A stretch of 64,000 nt of DNA from assembly GCA_038893995.1 (NCBI GenBank), contig JAWAQK010000001.1, forward strand, positions 61,956-125,955, read 5' to 3'. The DNA comes from Candidatus Thorarchaeota archaeon (GTDB taxonomy: Archaea > Asgardarchaeota > Thorarchaeia > Thorarchaeales > Thorarchaeaceae). A model generated the notes under the pieces. It was not told the DNA's origin and ran no database searches. It saw only the letters and a program-made list of their open reading frames with translations. Numbering within the stretch: position 1 is the stretch's first letter; each line of letters opens with the position of its first letter. This document shows, one piece after another, positions 56,624-64,000 of this stretch. The translations under genes were made by a program, and so were the position numbers.

Positions 56624-57343
56624 TCATCTGCGGACCAGCAGGGCGGGGTTCTCCAGAATGGGGCGCACTGAGTCTTTGACCACGAAACGTTCGTCACCAA
56701 CCTGTACCTCAAGCAGTTTCCTGAGCTCGAATCGCCTCAGATAGCCTACGACCTGATCCCTACTGAGCTTGAGATCGTTCGTGAGGCGTTTGAGGCCATC
56801 ATGTGCACCACTATACTGCGAGAATCGACTGAAGACTGAACTCCACTGCATCATGCACAGGAACAATAGTGTTCTGAGGGCGTTCTCGACGTTCTGCCCG
56901 GTCTTTGCAGAGCATGGGATCACTGGAAGACCAGCCAGAAAGCGCATGTCCTCGCGGAGAACATCGACCGGTCTTGCTCCTGGCAGATCATGCTTGTTGG
57001 CTGCGACCACACATGGCACGCCTGGGAGAAAGAAGGCGATCTCTCTGAAGAATAGTCTGGCCCTGGCATCAGACTCCTTGTCGGCCGAGTCAACAACAAA
57101 CAGAATGCCATCAGCTCCGGAACTCAGGATCTTACGCATTGTTCTGAAGCGTAGCAGACCGGGCGTCCCGAAAAGGAATACAAACATGCCATCTATGTTG
57201 GTCACACCGTGGTCCATGGCGATCGTCGTTCCTCTGCGTTCGATATTGATGCATGCTCCGTTCGTGATCTTGTGAATCAGGGCGCTCTTGCCAGCTTCGT
57301 AGGGACCAGTTACTACAATCTTCATCCTAGGCACCGTTCTCAA
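56624..57343 (-). CDS. Small GTPase (conservon/ATP_bind_1-like) fused to C-terminal winged helix
   Basis: GPYEAGKS, TTIAMDHG, LFGTPGLLRF, NKHD, CSAK; LKLSRDQVVGYLRRF HTH. Confidence 0.85.
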   Translation of the reverse strand: MRTVPRMKIVVTGPYEAGKSALIHKITNGACINIERRGTTIAMDHGVTNIDGMFVFLFGTPGLLRFRTMRKILSSGADGILFVVDSADKESDARARLFFREIAFFLPGVPCVVAANKHDLPGARPVDVLREDMRFLAGLPVIPCSAKTGQNVENALRTLLFLCMMQWSSVFSRFSQYSGAHDGLKRLTNDLKLSRDQVVGYLRRFELRKLLEVQVGDERFVVKDSVRPILENPALLVRR

Positions 57344-57489
57344 GGTTTCGATGCGTCATTTCAAGACATGCATCTGCGGGTTAAATGGTTTGTCGTTCTG
57401 TAGGCCTGGGGTGTCAGGTTGCACACACATACCCTTATATTCGACGAATGCCGTATATAATGGTGAGAATTGGTATAGGAGTGAAGACT

Positions 57490-57654
57490 GTGGCCGACGC
57501 AAATGTGTCTGAAGAGGGTTCCTTTGAGCTGTTTTGCGATGTGGACGATAACGAACTGATTGACCTGAGGAAATTCATTGACCCTGAGATAGATCTGTCC
57601 CCGCTCGACGGAATCGATCTCCTGTTCGACAAACTCAATCATCTGATTGACTGA
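57490..57654 (+). CDS. Small acidic hypothetical protein
   Basis: TATATAA at 57454, GGAGTGA SD, GTG start; about 54 aa, D/E/L-rich. Confidence 0.55.
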   Translation: MADANVSEEGSFELFCDVDDNELIDLRKFIDPEIDLSPLDGIDLLFDKLNHLID

Positions 57655-58030
57655 TTGTAGACTGTCAGAAGGACATCGATCCTGAGGGTACATTAGTACG
57701 CCTCATTCGATCAGACATCACGAGTAGGACACGAATAGCCCGTAGACCATGTTCAGTTCATTCTCATCCGAAGGACCAATCAGACTTATCACTCCAGATG
57801 CAGGACAGTTACCGCCAGCCTACGGCTGCACTCTCAAGAACAATGTGCCACGATACTGACTCTAGTAGGTTCTTGGACCCATGTAGATGCATCAGCGGTG
57901 TTTCCACATGACATATGCCCGTCCGGACAGCGGGAAGGGGAGAACTAACTATGTGGGACAACCGAGACTATGTCACAAGCCTTATAGCAATAGCAAATGA
58001 GTAGTTCACCCCTGGTCGGAGTGAGCAACC

Positions 58031-59473
58031 TTGGAGATCAAGAGGATAAGTGATGAGATATACGAGATAGCAAAGGGAACAAAGCAGTGCATGAAGGTTC
58101 CCGTCAGAATCTATGCATCGAAGCAACTCATCGACAAGATGCGACAGGACGCCACCTTTGAACAGGGAATCAACGTCGCGTGCCTACCTGGGGTATACAC
58201 TCACAGCATAATCCTGCCTGATGGTCATCAGGGATATGGGTTTCCCATCGGTGGAGTTGCAGCCACCGACTACGAGGAGGGAGTAATATCACCTGGCGGC
58301 GTAGGCTATGACATCAACTGCGGTGTCAGGGTGCTGCGGACCAATCTCGATGAGAAGGATGTCAGACCGAAGCTGAGAGAACTGATAGACCGACTGTTCG
58401 TCGATGTCCCAACAGGTGTTGGCAAGACCGGAAAGATAACGCTCACACGGGACAAGGTAGATGAAGTCCTCAACAACGGAGCTGTATGGGCTGTCGAGAG
58501 GGGCCTCGGATGGGAGGAGGACCTTGAACACACCGAAGCGGGTGGCAGACTGGAGTTCGCAGATGCAAGCAAAGTCTCTGCAGATGCAAAGAGCAGGGGA
58601 ACCGGGCAGATCGGGACCCTAGGATCAGGGAATCACTTCCTCGAGATACAACTGGTAGATCAGATATACAACGAGTCTGCCGCAAGGGCCATGGGCTTCA
58701 CCCACGAGGGTCAGGTTGCAGTCATGATCCATAGTGGTTCGCGAGGACTCGGACACCAGGTCTGTAGTGACTACATCAGGACAATGACGCAGGCAATGAG
58801 GAAGTACAATATCGATGTTCCTGACAGAGAGCTGTGCTCCGCTCCCACAACATCCCAAGAGGGTCAGGCGTACCTGGGTGCAATGAGCGCAGCTGCCAAC
58901 TTCGCGTGGGCAAACAGACAGGCAATGATGCACTGGACCAGGGAGACCTTCTCGAAGATATTCGGAAGATCCGCAGAGGATCTCGACATGCATCTCATCT
59001 ACGACGTGGCCCACAACATGGGCAAGGTGGAGGAACACGTCATAGACGGGAAGAAGCGACGTGTTGTGGTCCACCGCAAGGGAGCAACTCGGGCATTTCC
59101 ACCGGGCCATCCTGAGACTCCAGCCAAGTATACCTCAATTGGTCAGCCAGTCATAATACCCGGCACAATGGGCACTGCGTCATACATCCTCATTGGTAAT
59201 CCCAAATCGATGGAATTGTCATTCGGCTCGACCGCACACGGGGCAGGCAGGTTCATGAGCAGAGAGCGGGCCAAGAAGGAGTTCCAGGGAAGGGAGGTCC
59301 AATCGAAACTGGCACAGGAAGGCATAATCGTGAAGTCGCCCCAAGCAGTTGGCATTGCAGAGGAGGCACCTGGCGCCTACAAAGATGTTGACGAGGTAGT
59401 ACGTGTTTCAGACGCTGTGGGGATTGCGACAAAGGTGCTCAGACTGAGACCCATAGGCGTGATCAAGGGGTAG
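58031..59473 (+). CDS. rtcB: tRNA-splicing/RNA repair ligase RtcB
   Basis: LPDGHQGYGFPIG, GYDINCG, GSGNHF.E, HSGSRG, HN, HRKGAT, HGAGR, EAP.AYK. Confidence 0.97.
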   Translation: MEIKRISDEIYEIAKGTKQCMKVPVRIYASKQLIDKMRQDATFEQGINVACLPGVYTHSIILPDGHQGYGFPIGGVAATDYEEGVISPGGVGYDINCGVRVLRTNLDEKDVRPKLRELIDRLFVDVPTGVGKTGKITLTRDKVDEVLNNGAVWAVERGLGWEEDLEHTEAGGRLEFADASKVSADAKSRGTGQIGTLGSGNHFLEIQLVDQIYNESAARAMGFTHEGQVAVMIHSGSRGLGHQVCSDYIRTMTQAMRKYNIDVPDRELCSAPTTSQEGQAYLGAMSAAANFAWANRQAMMHWTRETFSKIFGRSAEDLDMHLIYDVAHNMGKVEEHVIDGKKRRVVVHRKGATRAFPPGHPETPAKYTSIGQPVIIPGTMGTASYILIGNPKSMELSFGSTAHGAGRFMSRERAKKEFQGREVQSKLAQEGIIVKSPQAVGIAEEAPGAYKDVDEVVRVSDAVGIATKVLRLRPIGVIKG

Positions 59474-60434
59474 ATGGCTCTCGTTGACCTGAGAGGACCA
59501 GGGCTATCCCGGCCAGTATGACTAGGAAGCTCACGACTGTTTCAGGAGCTGGCACCTGCCCAAGAAAGATGATTGCCAAGATAGTGGCTCCAACAGGCTC
59601 ACCCAGTACTGCGGAGGACACGACATAGGCGGGTACGAGAGTCAAGAGATAATTGTTGACCGAGTGACCAAGTACGGTAGGAAAGAGTGCCAATGCGATG
59701 AAGATCAAAGCCTCGCGCGGATCGAGCACAGACTTGACAACATCTTCCCCGACGAGCACGCATAGCAGAAGAGTCGTCACAGCGGCGGACAGGTAGACTG
59801 TACCAGTGTAGACCGTGATTGGCGCCCGTACCGCGATACGTCTTCCACCAGTGAAGTAGATGGCCAGGAAGATCCCGCCGATCAGAGCAAGGATGTCACC
59901 CGACAATGCGCCCATCCCGTAGTAGACCAGATCATTCCAGACCAGCATTACGGAACCAGACATGGCAATGAGGACCCCGGTCCACGAACGGCGACTCAGT
60001 GACTCGCCGAGGAACAGGGTCGAGAGCAGACCGGTGAATATGGGGGATGTGTTCACCAAGACAACACTCGCTGCTACAGTTGTGCGAAAGGGCGGTAGGA
60101 GCGACGAGAACCACGTGCAGAAATGGAAAGACAACACTACTCCAATAAGGACGATCCAGAGCAGGTCCCGGCTCTTGTCCCTGACAACGAACCTGCGATG
60201 GTCACCCCGTACTGCACCTATCGAGAACATGATGGCAGATGCTACGATAGTCCTCCAGAACACAATGACCAGGGGACTCGAGCTGCTGGAGGAGATCAAT
60301 ATGCTTGCACTGGACACCATGGACACCGAGAGTACGAGGAGGGCAACCACTCGAACGTTGATGGTGTACTCACCGGGAGCGAGCGAACTGGTAGAACTAC
60401 GGCTCAATGGCATCGTGCCCACTGATTCCCCCAC
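59463..60434 (-). CDS. DMT/EamA family transporter
   Basis: About 10 TMs, two EamA halves (SPIFT...LGE, GD.LAL, EPV.A). Confidence 0.9.
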   Translation of the reverse strand: MGESVGTMPLSRSSTSSLAPGEYTINVRVVALLVLSVSMVSSASILISSSSSSPLVIVFWRTIVASAIMFSIGAVRGDHRRFVVRDKSRDLLWIVLIGVVLSFHFCTWFSSLLPPFRTTVAASVVLVNTSPIFTGLLSTLFLGESLSRRSWTGVLIAMSGSVMLVWNDLVYYGMGALSGDILALIGGIFLAIYFTGGRRIAVRAPITVYTGTVYLSAAVTTLLLCVLVGEDVVKSVLDPREALIFIALALFPTVLGHSVNNYLLTLVPAYVVSSAVLGEPVGATILAIIFLGQVPAPETVVSFLVILAGIALVLSGQREPSTP

Positions 60435-60903
60435 AGTAGACGCAGACCCTAGAGTCAGAACTCACTTCGGCCAGGCCCGAGCCACATCTTGGACACTCAT
60501 TTATCACTAGTTTGGATAGGTCAAGTGAGCATAACCTGGAGCGCACCTCTTCGACATGGTCATAGACGAAGAGGGCCTTACCAGGGAGGCCCTGCATCAT
60601 TAGCGATAGTTCCCTGGAACCACGTCTTCGGAACATCAATACGGGTTTGCTGAGATGAGCAGCAAGCATGACCTCCATGCCGACCCCGTGCGAGGGGTTG
60701 CTGACCTCTGCAATGAGGACATCACAGGTCCTGACCTCGGACACATCACGAGTATAGATCTCACGAGGCTGGAGCCTCGGCAGGAACTGAGGTGCAAAGA
60801 CATATGCGTCTAGCTCTCGGAGCGTCTTCGTGACCACGTTGTAGAATTCGTCAGGTCTATGATCCTCGTGGACTATCGGACCAGACAGATATACTCTGAC
60901 CAA
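60397..60903 (-). CDS. Nucleoside 2-deoxyribosyltransferase/DNPH1-like protein with C-terminal Zn ribbon
   Basis: VYLSGPI, IY.RD, CDVLIAEVSNPSHGVGME, S.M; CPRC...CVYC. Confidence 0.85.
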   Translation of the reverse strand: MVRVYLSGPIVHEDHRPDEFYNVVTKTLRELDAYVFAPQFLPRLQPREIYTRDVSEVRTCDVLIAEVSNPSHGVGMEVMLAAHLSKPVLMFRRRGSRELSLMMQGLPGKALFVYDHVEEVRSRLCSLDLSKLVINECPRCGSGLAEVSSDSRVCVYCGGISGHDAIEP

Positions 60904-60937
60904 GAGTGCGGAACCCCACCAGATCTGGTTGAAACAA

Positions 60938-61309
60938 CTAGGACTCTTCAACGGATTCGCTACCACTGAGGTCTTTTCTCAGATCAGCTATCATTGGTAG
61001 TGAACCATCATCGCCGACGGGCTCCAGACGACCGGCACGACCCAGCGACAGCTGTATCTTCCCCTGCCACTCCTTCGCCCATCCGTCAGTAATCCGTATG
61101 ACCTGCCCGGCTTTCAGCTCACTTCCAACTCCAAAACCCCAGAGACTCAGTACGGCTGTACCAGATTCATCCGCAATCAAGACCTCGGTCAGCTGCGTCT
61201 TTCGTCCATCCCTGGTGGTTATGATCCTCGCAGGACTCACGGAGAGGATCCTCGCCAGTATCTCGAAGTTCCTTCCAGGTTCAATGTCTCGTATTTTCAA
61301 CTCTTTCAC
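60938..61309 (-). CDS. Single OB-fold ssDNA-binding protein (SSB/RPA-like)
   Basis: IADESG...LSLWG, G.VIRI.DGW.KEWQG..QL.LG. Confidence 0.9.
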   Translation of the reverse strand: MKELKIRDIEPGRNFEILARILSVSPARIITTRDGRKTQLTEVLIADESGTAVLSLWGFGVGSELKAGQVIRITDGWAKEWQGKIQLSLGRAGRLEPVGDDGSLPMIADLRKDLSGSESVEES

Positions 61310-61422
61310 TGGTTTCCTCAGTGTTGTGTGCCTGGAAACTACGGAACAGCATATAACATCTTGGGAGAATCACAGGTAGGCAGACGCACGCGAGGACTCT
61401 GGCCCCATTGGCACAGAAAACA

Positions 61423-62889
61423 CTACTCGGTGGCGTCGTCCACAGGTTGTTGCACATCATGTTTGGATGACTCCAGTATCTCCTCCAGCTCAGCCCTGGC
61501 ACGTTCGTCGACTGTGTGCGGACTCTCGATCTCCCCGTCTGGCGAGACCACCTCATCACAACGAACCATTGCTTCAAGGGCCTCGTCAATATGCTTTGTA
61601 TCGACCTTCTTGAGGTCCTCGACTATCGTTTCATCCTCTCCCAGTTGCTGAGAGAGCAACTGGACTGCCAGGTCGGTTCCGTTGGCGACCTCTTCGCCGA
61701 GGTCAATATCTATCATGATCTCGGAGTCAGGGGGTGTGACACTGTCCTCAGCGTACTCCGGAGCCACAGCCGTGTCGACTGCGGACGAAGAGGTGGACAT
61801 CGCTGGACCAGCGACAGGGGTCGAATTGGCTGATTGTGCCGCAGGTACGTCAACCTCCTCGACTATCTCCTCTACTACCTCGAAGTCCTCGCCCTCTTCA
61901 ACGACATTTCCAAACTCATCGACCAAGACTTCCTCGACGACTTCCACAACCTCCTCGTTCCTCTTCTGTTGAGTTTGGGTGATGGCCGCGCGACCTGCCT
62001 CCTCCTTGAACTTGACGAGCTCGTGAGCCGGGAGGTCCGGGAGCACAATTCCCACATACTGAGCCGCGGCGGTCAGTAGGATTCGCAGCATCTCCGTTCG
62101 TCTATTCTTGTCTATTGCAACCATTGGATAGGTGGGAATGCCAAGGATCTTCTGGATGACCTCCGGTTTCATGGCGTCGGGTTTGTCCTGTTTGTTGGCA
62201 ATGGCAAATACTGGGACCTTTGGGGCATCCCGGCGAATGAGTTTCAGGATGTCCTTGCTGATCAGCACATTCCTCAGCGTGGAGTCGCAGACGAGGAAGA
62301 TCACGTCGGCACCATGGAAGTAGAAGCGCCAGAGTGTCCTGAACCTCTCCTGGCCGGCAAAGTCCCATATGACCAGCGAGTAGCTACCGAATCTTATGTT
62401 CTCAACAGTCTCCAGATTCAGGGCGATAGTTGGCACGTATTGGAGGGGGGGAGCATCTCCCAGTAGAAGTCGTAGTGTTGTGGTCTTTCCGACACCACCT
62501 TCGCCAACCAGCGCAATCTTGAGCCTGCTGATCACACACGTGTCTACAATCTTGTCAAATTCCGCCATTACAGCCTGGATCCCGCCGGCCTGAAGGGCAG
62601 AAGCAATACGTCTTGCTCCATCGGTGGCCCTCTGCTGAAGCGAGTGCTCATCCTCGTTCCGATCCGCAGCGAGTATGAACAAGAGGTTGAACCCACATTC
62701 GAACCCTATCATCTTGTGTGCTCCGATCACCAGCGGGATCTCGCCCATGGCAGAAGCGGCGGACCTCAGTTCCTTCCTGGTGGATACGAACTCGCGAAGC
62801 GAATCATTACCTATATTCACTGGCCAGTACTGCTTTTGCTGTAGTACTCGGCCGGTAGAGGTTTCGTAGAGAAACACGTTGTGAATCAT
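61423..62889 (-). CDS. Longin-like domain + Arf-like small GTPase + acidic low-complexity tail
   Basis: MIHNVFLYETSTG longin-like start; GEGGVGKT, PTI, WDFAGQERFRTLWRFYF, ANKQD. Confidence 0.85.
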   Translation of the reverse strand: MIHNVFLYETSTGRVLQQKQYWPVNIGNDSLREFVSTRKELRSAASAMGEIPLVIGAHKMIGFECGFNLLFILAADRNEDEHSLQQRATDGARRIASALQAGGIQAVMAEFDKIVDTCVISRLKIALVGEGGVGKTTTLRLLLGDAPPLQYVPTIALNLETVENIRFGSYSLVIWDFAGQERFRTLWRFYFHGADVIFLVCDSTLRNVLISKDILKLIRRDAPKVPVFAIANKQDKPDAMKPEVIQKILGIPTYPMVAIDKNRRTEMLRILLTAAAQYVGIVLPDLPAHELVKFKEEAGRAAITQTQQKRNEEVVEVVEEVLVDEFGNVVEEGEDFEVVEEIVEEVDVPAAQSANSTPVAGPAMSTSSSAVDTAVAPEYAEDSVTPPDSEIMIDIDLGEEVANGTDLAVQLLSQQLGEDETIVEDLKKVDTKHIDEALEAMVRCDEVVSPDGEIESPHTVDERARAELEEILESSKHDVQQPVDDATE

Positions 62890-63296
62890 TACACCGCCCA
62901 CCGCAGGGATAGGAACAAAGCCAGCTTATGCATGGATGAATAACAGAATTAAACATTATTCGGTTGGGACATGATGTGAGGAGGCGGTGGTCGGTACGTG
63001 ACCGGGCCCACCGCATCCTTCTGGTAGTACGGACCTGCTCTCAGTCAAGGCGTGAACAAAAATGCAGAACGCGCAGATACACAGGCAATGGCCTGCAAAG
63101 GAACCTAGATATGAAACTCTCATCTGGGACCAACGTGGGAGTTTCCGACGGGGTTGTCACGCCATGACTTTGAGTGATTGGACCCTGTGTGACCAGGGTA
63201 CCATACATTATGGTTCGTGGGACTGTATAAGAATATTGCGCATGAGTACCACGATCATTCTTGCGAGAATGCGGATTCCCTATCCCGGAGGAGTCA

Positions 63297-64000
63297 TCAA
63301 CGGGGGAAGTTGTCTCTCAGCAGTCTCAGGTGATGTTGCACGGTCTCCATCTGTCGTTGATCTCCGGGGTTCTTCTCCAAGTCTTCCACGAGCGTCTGGA
63401 GAAAGTATTCTGGGAAGAACAGTCTCACACGAATATCACTGAGTAGAAACAGCCACCGGTCGTATTCCCCTGATGGACCCTTACGTCGCTTCTCCGATAC
63501 CACGCGATACTTCTTCATCGTCTGAATGGCGTTTCGCAATTCCTTGATCGGAATTCCTAGGCTCGCCTCCAGCTCCGCAATGTTGACTGGACGACGTCTG
63601 AGTTCGTTCAGAATATCGTAGCAGTCTGGATCAGCAAGGACCTGAGCCACTGATACCGTGTCTTCAGGAGTCTTCTGCCACTCAGTCAGGAACTCCAGCA
63701 CTTCTGCCTTGTACTCAGCCGACAGCTCAGGATCAAGGATCGAGGCGGCCTCTTCGAGGGCCAAGATAGGAGGTGCCCGAAATATCTCAAGGTCCTTGAT
63801 CATGAATACGCAGGTCCTACCTATGGCGTCCACCCACTCAGTCTTCACCAGACCCAGCTCCTCAAAGGGGGCAATTACTGAGTCAACGTTTATGCTCGGG
63901 AGACCCGTGACCATCTTGAGCCACTCCTCAAGGTCCTCCTTTGAGATGCCACCCTTCCATATCTTTGGGAAGACTGCACGGGACACCTCGTCCGAAAACA
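63297..64000 (-). CDS. 5'-truncated hypothetical protein with tandem winged-helix-like segments
   Basis: Frame is open to the window edge; VNIAELEASLGIPIKELRNAIQTM HTH. Confidence 0.7.
   Translation of the reverse strand, partial: FSDEVSRAVFPKIWKGGISKEDLEEWLKMVTGLPSINVDSVIAPFEELGLVKTEWVDAIGRTCVFMIKDLEIFRAPPILALEEAASILDPELSAEYKAEVLEFLTEWQKTPEDTVSVAQVLADPDCYDILNELRRRPVNIAELEASLGIPIKELRNAIQTMKKYRVVSEKRRKGPSGEYDRWLFLLSDIRVRLFFPEYFLQTLVEDLEKNPGDQRQMETVQHHLRLLRDNFPR

Noticed and set aside
62960-63290. SECIS-like or other ncRNA hairpins
   Set aside because: Hairpins exist, but there is no convincing SECIS core and no gene with an in-frame TGA was noticed.
1-64000. CRISPR arrays, transposases, tandem DNA repeats
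   Set aside because: None detected by eye; short or degenerate repeats could have been missed.

Overview
Gene-dense archaeal chromosomal segment, most likely Asgard (Thorarchaeota-like, inferred from gene content). It encodes five small GTPases (two Rab-like, one MglA-like, one GTPase-wHTH fusion, one longin-Arf fusion), two Roadblock/LC7 proteins, WD40 and TPR proteins, and a stand-alone EF-2 homolog. Archaeal housekeeping genes include ileS, tgtA, rtcB, hflX, SSB, the PoK/PPS/PanE/CoaBC route to CoA, a Tes-like radical SAM enzyme, a prenyl synthase, cofE, larC and PolB2 with its small partner. One tRNA-Gln(CTG) is present. No CRISPR array, rRNA or transposase was recognised. Best candidate systems: (1) a Roadblock - CxxC thioredoxin/KaiB-like - KaiC(CI-like, B-loop retained) - degenerate KaiC - helical-repeat operon divergent from a Rab-like GTPase; (2) a membrane-free mtrH'-mtrA(+MtrB-like tail)-mtrH-marker14 methyltransferase operon; (3) a GTPase(Q->L)-wHTH / TPR / membrane-anchored C25-like protease / Roadblock run; (4) several structured intergenic stretches, including a folded leader upstream of ileS. 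A partial ORF of over 600 aa (1..1843, minus) is missing from the supplied ORF track. All family calls come from motif reading and recalled reference sequences, not database searches.
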